Shown piece after piece: positions 9,337 through 17,264 of a DNA stretch of 64,000 nt. How positions within the stretch are numbered: the stretch's first letter is position 1; the number at the start of each line of letters is the position of its first letter. The notes under the pieces are model-generated. The model saw only the letters and a list, made by a program, of their open reading frames with translations. It did no database searches and had not been told where the DNA came from. The DNA lies in NCBI GenBank assembly GCA_963710645.1, contig CAVQBD010000009.1, positions 1,679,338 through 1,743,337 on the forward strand, given 5' to 3'. Position numbers and translations under genes: made by a program. The stretch is from an uncultured Holophagae bacterium. GTDB lineage: Bacteria; Acidobacteriota; Thermoanaerobaculia; Thermoanaerobaculales; Sulfomarinibacteraceae.

Positions 9337-9427
9337 GAGATCCGAGCCACGAGCCGCGAGATCCGAGATCCGAGATTCGAGATCCGAGATCCGAATTTTG
9401 AATTTTGAATTTTGAATTTTGAATTTT
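9337..9427. repeat. 13 in-register heptanucleotide tandem units: 8 x GAGATCC-like followed by 5 x GAATTTT
   Basis: Read directly: GAGATCC GAGCCAC GAGCCGC GAGATCC GAGATCC GAGATTC GAGATCC GAGATCC, then GAATTTT x5 with no break in the 7-nt register. Intergenic, 25 nt after the stop at 9312 and 157 nt before the ATG at 9584. Confidence 0.95.
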
Positions 9428-9583
9428 CCGGTATCCATCTGTTCTCCCTGGATCCCCGAACACAGGGGTTCTGCGGATCACTCACCGATCGCCTGCCCGA
9501 TCCCTACAACTTCCCTGGACATTCCCTAGGACTCTGGGAAATCGCTGCACCACCTTGTCTTTATCAACACAAGGAGGCAGCAG

Positions 9584-11914
9584 ATGATCACGAGTCGCAA
9601 CCCAATGTTCGCCACCGCCCTGGCCCTAGGCCTGGCCGTGGCAGCTCTTGTCACACCGCAGGCCGGAGCCGACGTGCTCGCCAGCGGCAACCTCCCCGGC
9701 ACCTTCGGACTCAGATTCGGGCCGGACGGCCTGCTTTATGTCTGTACCAACGCCGGGCTCGCGGTCTTCGATCTCGCTCAGGGTCAGATGGTGGACCTCA
9801 TCGGGCCCGAGCGCGGGGTCATCGGCCCGGAGGACGTCATTTTTGGGCCCGATGGTGCCATGTACTGGTCGTCCATGTTCACCGGATATGTGGGGCGGAT
9901 GATCCCGGACGGCACCGTCACCACCCAGATGGTCGCGCCCATGGTCAACTCTCTGGTCCTCTCGGAGGATGGCCGGCTCTTCGTCACCGAGCCCTGGATC
10001 ACCGATTCGTTGTGGGAGCTCGATCCGGCATTCGTCGATCCACCGCAACAGATCGGTGCCGGGTTCGGCGGTCTCAAGAACCCGGAGTTCGGTGCTGACG
10101 GACTGCTCTACGGCGCTCTGATGTGGGGCGGGCAGGTGGTGAAAATGGACGTGGATGACCCGGCGAACACCACTGAGACCATCACGGATGACATACCGGG
10201 ACCCTTCACCGCACGCTTTGGTCCCGATGGCATGCTCTACGTCGTTGACCGCACCAACTTCACGGTGGAGCGAACGGATCCAACCACCGGCAGCCACTCC
10301 ACCTATCTCGAGCTGCCCTTCGGTCCCGACAACATCACCTTCGCCCCCACCGGCATGATGTTCGTCACCTCCTACACCGACGGGGTGCTGGCGATGGCGC
10401 TGCCCGATGGTTCGGTCCAGGAGATCGTGCCCGGTGGTTTGATCCTTCCCTCCGGCATTGCGGTCCAGGAGCGCACTGACGGCGAGTCGGTCTTTGTCGG
10501 CAATCTCTTCTCCCTGCGCGAGTACGACGGTGCCACCGGCGCCGTCCGCAGCGTGGAACGCTACCGGTTCCCGGCCGTCGAGTTCGGCGGCGCGATGTCC
10601 GTGGGCGGCGCGGGTGACAACCTCGTGCTATCCAATTTCTTCCCGCCCGGCGGTGGGCGGGTTCAGGTTTGGGATCCCGCAGCCGGTGAGCTGGTGGAGG
10701 AGGTCACCGGCATTGCGGTGCCCATGAACGCGATCGGGTTCGGGGACGATCTCATCGTGGTAGACATGGGCATGGGGGAGGGCCAGGCACAGGTCCTTCG
10801 CGTGGGCTCGGGCGGCAGCACCGTGCTCGCCGATGCGAGCGATCAAATCTATGTTCCCCTCGGCCTGGCAGCCACCGCCGACGATCTCTGGGTGGGCGAC
10901 TGGATGACGGGAATGATCTGGCAACTCATCGCCGATGGCCAGGAGTTGGCCCAACCGATGCCAGTGGCACAGGGGCTGTCGGGCCCCGAAGGCATGGCTG
11001 TCGACCACGATGGATCGTTGCTGGTGGTGGAGGGCACCGCCGGCCGAGTGTCCCGGGTACGGTTGACCACCGGCGCGATCACACCGGTGGCAAGCAACCT
11101 TCAGCTGTCGGGACCCGGGGCGGGCATGCTGCCGCCCTTCGGACTCATCAACGGCATCGACGTGGGGCCGTCGGGGGCGATCTACGTGCCCGGAGACCTT
11201 GGCATCCTGGTCTACCGGCTGGTGCCGCGTACCCTTTATCTGCCAGGTGCTGCCAACACGCCAGGCTTCAACGGCAGCCGGTGGACCACCGACCTCGAGC
11301 TGCACAACCGTGGTCAAGACGCCGCCACCTACACCGTCGAATTGCTGGTGAGTGGCCAGGCAAACACCTCGCCCACAACCGTCGGGTTCGAGCTGGCGCC
11401 GGACATGAGCGTGCGGTATCGGGACGTGGTCGGCCAGCTCTTCGACACCGACGGAACGGGTGCGCTGCGGGTGACCGCCGTTGGTGGTGATGTGATGGCC
11501 TCAGCACACACCCGCACCGAAGGCGGTGGTGGCTTCTATGGTCAATACATCGAGGGCATGGAGGAGGCCGACGCGGCAGTCGACGGCTCCGAACAGCGGA
11601 TCATCCAGCTCGAAAATTCCTCGGCGGCCCGCACAAACATCGGTGTGGTGAGCGCGTGTGCCATACCGATGACGGTGGATCTCGGACTCTTCGAGGCGGA
11701 CGGTACCCCCGCGGGTCAGATGCAGCTCGAACTCGAGCCATTCGGCACGGCCCAGACCAACGATCTCTTCAACAGCCTGAACGGTATGACTGTGGAGACT
11801 GGTAGCGACATGTATGCCGTCATCACCTCGGCGACTCCGGGTGCGGCCTGCTTCGCCTACGCGTCAGTGGTGGACAACAGCACCAACGACCCCATTTTCG
11901 TTCCGGGAAGGTAG
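9584..11914 (+). CDS. Secreted beta-propeller protein (SMP-30/gluconolactonase/NHL-like blades) with a shared unassigned C-terminal module
   Basis: 776 aa. SD AAGGAGG. Signal peptide MITSRNPMFATALALGLAVAALVTPQAGA. Repeated GPDG(L/M)LYV-type blades. The last 225 aa or so (11234..11911) form the module that ends ASVVDNSTNDPIFVPGR. Confidence 0.8.
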   Translation: MITSRNPMFATALALGLAVAALVTPQAGADVLASGNLPGTFGLRFGPDGLLYVCTNAGLAVFDLAQGQMVDLIGPERGVIGPEDVIFGPDGAMYWSSMFTGYVGRMIPDGTVTTQMVAPMVNSLVLSEDGRLFVTEPWITDSLWELDPAFVDPPQQIGAGFGGLKNPEFGADGLLYGALMWGGQVVKMDVDDPANTTETITDDIPGPFTARFGPDGMLYVVDRTNFTVERTDPTTGSHSTYLELPFGPDNITFAPTGMMFVTSYTDGVLAMALPDGSVQEIVPGGLILPSGIAVQERTDGESVFVGNLFSLREYDGATGAVRSVERYRFPAVEFGGAMSVGGAGDNLVLSNFFPPGGGRVQVWDPAAGELVEEVTGIAVPMNAIGFGDDLIVVDMGMGEGQAQVLRVGSGGSTVLADASDQIYVPLGLAATADDLWVGDWMTGMIWQLIADGQELAQPMPVAQGLSGPEGMAVDHDGSLLVVEGTAGRVSRVRLTTGAITPVASNLQLSGPGAGMLPPFGLINGIDVGPSGAIYVPGDLGILVYRLVPRTLYLPGAANTPGFNGSRWTTDLELHNRGQDAATYTVELLVSGQANTSPTTVGFELAPDMSVRYRDVVGQLFDTDGTGALRVTAVGGDVMASAHTRTEGGGGFYGQYIEGMEEADAAVDGSEQRIIQLENSSAARTNIGVVSACAIPMTVDLGLFEADGTPAGQMQLELEPFGTAQTNDLFNSLNGMTVETGSDMYAVITSATPGAACFAYASVVDNSTNDPIFVPGR

Positions 11915-11967
11915 GCACCGGAACCGGGCCCGGGCCCAGCGCCCGGGCCCTTCCTCGAGGGGGGCTC

Positions 11968-14157
11968 ATGGCGCCGTTCAGGCGGAGGAGACACCGCGCG
12001 ATGGTCCCGCATGGAGTGGTTGTGCCCTTCCCCAACACCGGGGGTCGGGGATACAATGAACAACACATGCGTCCCGCTCCAGTGCCGTCTCTCAGAACGA
12101 GCGGTCCCTTCCTGCTCGGCGAGTGGACGGTGCGTCCCGAAAGAAATCTGCTCGAGACCTCAGGCGACAGCCATCATCTTGAACCGAAGGTAATGGATAC
12201 GCTGCTTCTCCTCGCGGATCGGGGCGGGGAGGTCGTGACCAAGGACGATCTCATCGATGGAGTATGGGAAGGCCGGATCATCTCCGAAGGAACCATCACC
12301 AACACCATCGCCGAACTTCGTGGCGCCCTCCGTGACGATGCCAGAAATCCCAGCTTCATCGAGACCATTCCCAAACGCGGCTACCGACTGGTCTGTCCGG
12401 TGGAGGAACTGCCCGCTGGCGAAATTTCGAGCGCCGAGGAAACCGGAGGCTCACGCCGGCGGTGGATCGCGGTGGCCGTCGTCGCCATGGTCGCGTGTGC
12501 TGCGGCGGTCGCTTTCGTCATGAGGTCGCAACCGAAACCGCTCGAGCCCCAGCTGGTGCTGGTACCGCCATTCGTCAACCGCACCGGCGACGAGACCTTG
12601 GCCCCCCTGACGACACTCGCGAGAGACCGCATTGTCAGTTTGCTCTCCGGATCCGGGGTCGCGAGGCCCGTGACGGTCGGTGTTGACTCGGGGTCCGCCG
12701 ATCTCGATGTGCTGTGCGATCTGGCGCGTTCGGAGGGGGCGGGCCTCGCCCTCACCGGAGCGCTCTACCTGCACGAGGGCGAGCTCGAGGTACAGACCCA
12801 GCTGGTGGATGTGGCCGAGGGTGCGCTGCTCTACGCGGTGCCCGCCGTCAAAGGCCCACGGGAGCATGCGGCCGACTCGCTGGAGGAGGCTGTGCAACGG
12901 ATCCTCGGGGCGGTCGCCACCCACCTCTCCACCCACGCTCATTCCAGTCTGCAGGCGCGACCGCCGACCTTCGAGGCCTATCGTGAGTTCATGGCGGGTT
13001 CGGAGCTCTTCGGCCGAGACATGGCGGGCGCCATTCGCCACCTGAAAAAGGCGACCGAAATCGACCCCGACTTCACATCGGCACAGTTGAGGCTCGCCGT
13101 AGCGCTCCATGCCGTCCGTCGAGCCGAAGAGGGCCAAGCCATCCTCGATGGTCTGGAGAGTCGGCGTGGAGAGCTGACAAACTTCGAGAGGCTGTGGCTG
13201 GACGTTTTTGTGGCCGGCTTTGACGGCCGATGGGCCGACTCTCTGGCTGCGCTCAACGGAGTCATGAAACTGGCACCGTCCGACTGGACGGTGATACACC
13301 TCATCTCGATCCGAGAACTCAACCTCAACCGGCCGCGCCGGGCCGCCGCAGCCATCGAACAACTCCATGAGATGGATCTTCCCGACTTCATTACTCGCCA
13401 CCCCCTCTTCAAAAGCACATTCCGGCGCCTCGCTCAAGCCCGGCACATGGTGGACAACCACGAGGCTGAACTCGCGGCGGCCCGCGCCGGTCGCGCGCGG
13501 TTCCCAACCGATCACGATCTCATGGTGGCCGAGGCCAAGGCCCTTGCTGCACTGGGTGATGTGGAAGGCCTCGAGACCCTTGTCTCAGACGCCAGATCCG
13601 TGCCGATGCCGCTGACCGCCACCAACCTGTTGGTTGAGGCGGCGGCCACGGCCCGCGCCCACGGCCGGCCCGAGCTGGCCCGTGAACTCGCCGAGAGCGC
13701 GGTGGAAGATCTCGACTGGAAAGATGGTCCCTCGGCGAATCCTGCGGAGAATTTTTTGCTCGCCGAGTCGCTTGTCTTGCTAAGCAGGCTCGACCGGGCA
13801 CAGGTGGTCTTCGAGGTCGTTGTCCCGCAACTCTCCGAGCGGCGAGGCCACCTTCCGGTGGCCGCCCGGGGTTGGCTGGGCTCGGTGGCTGCGCGGCGCG
13901 GCGATCTGGAGACAGCACGATTGATGGAACGTGAGTTGGCTGCCATCAACGACCAATATCTCTATGGGAGCCCACTCTACTATCGCGCCGCCATCGCGGC
14001 CTGGCTCGGCCATCGCGAGGAGGCCGTCGGTCTCATGCGCCAAGCTCGGGCCGAAGGGTGGTCGGCGTTTGTCGTGTTCCACGACGAGGAACGGGTCCTA
14101 TACGAGCCCCTCGAGGGCATGGCCGAGTACGAAGAGATGCTGCACCCCACCGAGTGA
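11968..14157 (+). CDS. Membrane-anchored CadC/ToxR-like transcriptional regulator with a periplasmic TPR-like domain
   Basis: N-terminal OmpR/CadC winged-helix domain (LLGEWTVRPERNLL..EPKVMDTLLLLADRGGEVVTKDDLIDGVWEG..IETIPKRGYRLV), one TM (WIAVAVVAMVACAAAVAFV), then about 500 aa of helical repeats. Alternative start ATG 12067. Confidence 0.8.
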   Translation: MAPFRRRRHRAMVPHGVVVPFPNTGGRGYNEQHMRPAPVPSLRTSGPFLLGEWTVRPERNLLETSGDSHHLEPKVMDTLLLLADRGGEVVTKDDLIDGVWEGRIISEGTITNTIAELRGALRDDARNPSFIETIPKRGYRLVCPVEELPAGEISSAEETGGSRRRWIAVAVVAMVACAAAVAFVMRSQPKPLEPQLVLVPPFVNRTGDETLAPLTTLARDRIVSLLSGSGVARPVTVGVDSGSADLDVLCDLARSEGAGLALTGALYLHEGELEVQTQLVDVAEGALLYAVPAVKGPREHAADSLEEAVQRILGAVATHLSTHAHSSLQARPPTFEAYREFMAGSELFGRDMAGAIRHLKKATEIDPDFTSAQLRLAVALHAVRRAEEGQAILDGLESRRGELTNFERLWLDVFVAGFDGRWADSLAALNGVMKLAPSDWTVIHLISIRELNLNRPRRAAAAIEQLHEMDLPDFITRHPLFKSTFRRLAQARHMVDNHEAELAAARAGRARFPTDHDLMVAEAKALAALGDVEGLETLVSDARSVPMPLTATNLLVEAAATARAHGRPELARELAESAVEDLDWKDGPSANPAENFLLAESLVLLSRLDRAQVVFEVVVPQLSERRGHLPVAARGWLGSVAARRGDLETARLMERELAAINDQYLYGSPLYYRAAIAAWLGHREEAVGLMRQARAEGWSAFVVFHDEERVLYEPLEGMAEYEEMLHPTE

Positions 14158-14405
14158 TCAAAACCTCTGCCCGGATCGAATGTGCCTTCCCAGAATTTTC
14201 CTGTCCCGAGGCGTTTTGGTCTTGAGTTGTGCTCGACAACGTGGTGGAAATGCGCATCCTCAGCTCAGCCCGCTTGGCGCGGCGATGACATCGCCGGCGT
14301 CCTCGGGGTCGACAACATCTCCTTCGATGCCGTGGTCTTTGTGAATGGCTTCGAGTCCGGAGATTCGACGGGCTGGTCGTCGACCTCGCCGTAATCCCGA
14401 TCGGG

Positions 14406-14990
14406 CTAGGCTCCGGTGAGGTTCGCGCTGACGAAATCCCAATTGACCAACTGCCAGAAGGCATCGATGTAGGACGGTCTCGCGTTCCGGTAGTCGATAT
14501 AGTAGGCGTGCTCCCACACGTCGCAGGTGAGCAGCGGTGTCACGCCGTCACACAGCGGGTTACCGGCGTTGGCGGTGGACGCAACCGACAGATCGCCCGC
14601 CGCGGTGCGGACCAGCCACGCCCACCCTGAACCGAAGTGGGTGGCCGCCGCCTTGGTGAACAACTCATGAAAGTTGTCGAAGCTACCGAACGCAGTCGCG
14701 ATGGCCGAGGCGACCTCACCGTCCGGTTGGCCGCCGCCGTTGGGGCTCAGACATTTCCAGTAGAAGCTGTGGTTCCAAACCTGGGCGGCATTGTTGAAGA
14801 TGCCGCCGTCCGCGGAGGTAATGATCTCCTCCAGGCTCTTTGACTCCCATTGGGTCCCGGCGGTGAGGTTGTTGAGGTTGGTGACGTAGGCCTGGTGGTG
14901 TTTGCCGTAGTGATAGTCGATGGTCTCTGATGACACGTGGGGCGCCAGCGCGTCCTTTGGATAGGGCAGGGGGGGCAGCTCGAATGCCAT
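14406..14990 (-). CDS. sodB: Iron superoxide dismutase
   Basis: MAFELPPLPYPKDALAPHVSSETIDYHYGKHH, FNNAAQVWNHSFYW and DVWEHAYYIDYRN are Fe/Mn-SOD signatures with Fe-type residues. GGAGGA lies 4 nt upstream of ATG 14990. The track ORF starts 4 codons earlier, at 15002. Confidence 0.9.
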   Translation of the reverse strand: MAFELPPLPYPKDALAPHVSSETIDYHYGKHHQAYVTNLNNLTAGTQWESKSLEEIITSADGGIFNNAAQVWNHSFYWKCLSPNGGGQPDGEVASAIATAFGSFDNFHELFTKAAATHFGSGWAWLVRTAAGDLSVASTANAGNPLCDGVTPLLTCDVWEHAYYIDYRNARPSYIDAFWQLVNWDFVSANLTGA

Positions 14991-15142
14991 GGGGTCCTCC
15001 ATGCGTTGAGATGGACGGCATTGTACCGAAGCGCGCGACTAACCTGTGGAATAGGAACCATTTCCACCCACTCCTCCAGATGCAAGATGCAAGTTTCAAG
15101 ATCCCCCGCCAAACCTGGGAGAGCGGTGGAATAATCTGCGGG

Positions 15143-15236
15143 CCGGGGGTTGACCCCCCCGGCACACCACGGCGCCAATCCCGGGAGATCAACCCCCGGG
15201 CCGCAACCGAGGTTGTAGCGCAGCCGTCTCGGCTGC
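15143..15236. other. Cluster of three GC-rich hairpins in a 430-nt divergent intergenic region
   Basis: Hairpin 1 at 15143..15162 (CCGGGGG / CCCCCGG). Hairpin 2 at 15180..15200 (CCCGGG / CCCGGG, 9-nt loop). Hairpin 3 at 15220..15236 (GCAGCCG tct CGGCTGC). Hairpins 1 and 2 are also imperfect direct repeats of each other. Confidence 0.6.
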
Positions 15237-15433
15237 AATCTTGGAGGTGGGTGCCTGAGCTTCCGGTGGACTCATCGGGATCATTGTGGGAGAATTCACG
15301 AGGCGAGCCCAAGAACTCAAGAATATCTGGGAAAAGGGATTCAAACAGCGGCGTTCAGGGGCCGGCTGAACTGGCGTTCCGTCGCCCCATGGGGACTAAA
15401 ACAGAAGATCGAAGGAAACTGAGGGGGGAAAGC

Positions 15434-16042
15434 ATGAGAAGAGCAACAGTGATGATTGTCTGCCTGGCTGTCGTCGGATTCATTGGGGCGGCAACCGCCA
15501 GCGCGCAGGATTTTCAACACCCAGCCAGCGGGACGACTGCCTTCTCCGTCACTGGAACCCACAGCTACTACGACTCCGGCGGTCCGGACTGTGACGGCAC
15601 GGGCGAGGAGTACGCGAACAGTGAAACCGGCATCGCTGTGTTCTGTCCCGCCACCGCTGGCTGGATCGTCACGGTTGAGTTTCTCGAGGTGGACACGGAG
15701 ACGAGCAGCACCCCAACGACCGAGTGCTGGGATCGCGTCAACGTGTACGATGGCGCCGACTCCGGGGCAACTCTGCTCTTCAGCGGCTGCGGCGAAGAGG
15801 GTTTCCCGGCGTGCTCGGTGAATCCCGGTGACGGAGGCGACTGCGGCGGGGTGGAGCTCAACTACTGCGACCACCACGGGAGCAACGCCGGAACTCCGGC
15901 CTTCAACACCTTCACCTCCACCGATCCGTCGGGATGCCTGACCGTCGAGTTTCTCAGTGACTCTTCGGTCCAGGAAGGTGGTTGGCTGGCCACGGTTTCA
16001 ACCCAGGTGCCCGTTGACCTGATGCAGATCACGGTGGAGTAG
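15434..16042 (+). CDS. Secreted CUB-like domain protein ending in the VPVDLMQITVE C-terminal motif
   Basis: 202 aa. SD GAGGGGGG. Signal peptide MRRATVMIVCLAVVGFIGAATASA. CUB-like spacing of Cys and VEF..VDTE..C.D.V.VYDG..GCG..VEFLSDSSVQEGGW. The 370-aa track ORF from 14930 is an over-extension. Confidence 0.7.
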   Translation: MRRATVMIVCLAVVGFIGAATASAQDFQHPASGTTAFSVTGTHSYYDSGGPDCDGTGEEYANSETGIAVFCPATAGWIVTVEFLEVDTETSSTPTTECWDRVNVYDGADSGATLLFSGCGEEGFPACSVNPGDGGDCGGVELNYCDHHGSNAGTPAFNTFTSTDPSGCLTVEFLSDSSVQEGGWLATVSTQVPVDLMQITVE

Positions 16043-16169
16043 ACGAAACACGACGGCCGGCGTTCCCCTGGCGCAACAGCACGGGTGATCTCGATGGGGC
16101 TGTGGTGGTGCAGCCGTCCCGCTTCGGTTACCGGCACGGCCTCGTGCGTTGTCCGGCTGCTCGGGCGGT

Positions 16170-16955
16170 CTACTCCGCGGCCGGCGGTTTGTACGACAAC
16201 TCCGGTCGGTATTGGCCGCGCATGAACTCGACCTTGCGGGCGTGTTGCAACATCTCGTTCCACAGGGTGGCGCTCTCGTCTCCTTCCTTCTTCATGATCT
16301 CCTCTGACATCGTGGCGAAAGCGGCCTCGCTGGCACCCATCTCCGCCCACACATAGACCGGCATTTCGGTGCCCACATCGCCGACATAGGTTTGCCAGGC
16401 CCGTCTGACGTTCTGTTTCTCAGACAGGGCGATGAAGGCCTTGAAGGCGTCCTCGATCTGTTTCTCGTGGCCCGGCTTACCATAGAACCATCCCCAGAAG
16501 CGGAAGGTGGATTTGGCAGGATCGTCCTCGAGGTCTTCGGGCACGTAGGACAGATCCGACCGGTGCCACCACAGCGAGTCGAGACCGTATTGGTCGACCC
16601 CCTCGCCCCTCGCCATGAACTCGGCCATCTTCTCCTCCCCCATCTTGGCCATGGTGTCCTTCCAGGCAGCGTTGAATTCTGCGAGACCGGCATAGCCCTC
16701 GAGGGGAGTCACAAAGAAGAAACCGCCCTCTTCGAGGGAGAAGGTGGAGAACGGGAACGGATGTTTGTGTTGCGCCGCGATGGGCACGAAGTCCTTGATC
16801 ATGGCTTCCTGGTCGGCGGTCCGATCAAGGTTAATGTGAGCCTCGTGCACGAGGATGAGTTGATGGTCCGGAGCCTCATCCTCGGCGAAGGAGGGAATCA
16901 CCGCCACCATCAAAATGGCCAGGGCAACGAGCACCGGACGGACAGGACTTCTCAT
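16170..16955 (-). CDS. Secreted hypothetical protein
   Basis: 261 aa from ATG 16955 (SD AAAGGAAG). Signal peptide MRSPVRPVLVALAILMVAVIPSFA. Coding-like codon usage. No family recognised. Confidence 0.65.
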   Translation of the reverse strand: MRSPVRPVLVALAILMVAVIPSFAEDEAPDHQLILVHEAHINLDRTADQEAMIKDFVPIAAQHKHPFPFSTFSLEEGGFFFVTPLEGYAGLAEFNAAWKDTMAKMGEEKMAEFMARGEGVDQYGLDSLWWHRSDLSYVPEDLEDDPAKSTFRFWGWFYGKPGHEKQIEDAFKAFIALSEKQNVRRAWQTYVGDVGTEMPVYVWAEMGASEAAFATMSEEIMKKEGDESATLWNEMLQHARKVEFMRGQYRPELSYKPPAAE

Positions 16956-17264
16956 GGCTGCACTTCCTTTCGAATCCACGGGATCATTGACTCGACCCCG
17001 AGTTTAAGATTCCCCGGTGTCACGCCGGGGCCCTCAGCGGGTCAATGGCGAATTGATTTCGAGTCTCTTGTGAATCAGTGTGGGTCCGGCGGTGAAGAAT
17101 GTCAACCGGAGCCAAGACCCGACCACTTCCATGACCTCGGTTTTCGGGAGACCTTCGTCGTCGTGTCAGGATCCGAGCCGATGAACGGCCGCTGTGATGG
17201 GGTCGGCCCGAGGCGCCCCACCACCACGAGGATGGATCATCGTTGTGGGTACAATGAGTCCACC

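Noticed and set aside
9337-9427. A CRISPR-like array.
   Set aside because: The units are 7 nt with no spacers, and no cas genes are present. It is a microsatellite-type tandem repeat.
14281-14295. The perfect palindrome GGCGATGaCATCGCC as a transcription-factor operator.
   Set aside because: It is a single occurrence lying inside the coding-like relic, with no partner site or nearby promoter. It could easily be chance in GC-rich DNA.
14155-14394. TGA read-through extension of the CadC-like regulator into ORF 14182..14394, which is in the same frame.
   Set aside because: Frame identity has a one-in-three chance of arising by accident. The roughly 40 codons right after the TGA lack GC3 bias or protein-like composition. 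No recoding signal or SECIS-like hairpin is evident.
16392-17264. The N-terminal 290 codons of the 942-aa track ORF as part of sulfatase-like paralog 1.
   Set aside because: This segment is antisense to the well-supported gene 16170..16955 and has no sulfatase or signal-peptide features. The paralogs start with a lipoprotein signal directly before the LDTTRAD block.
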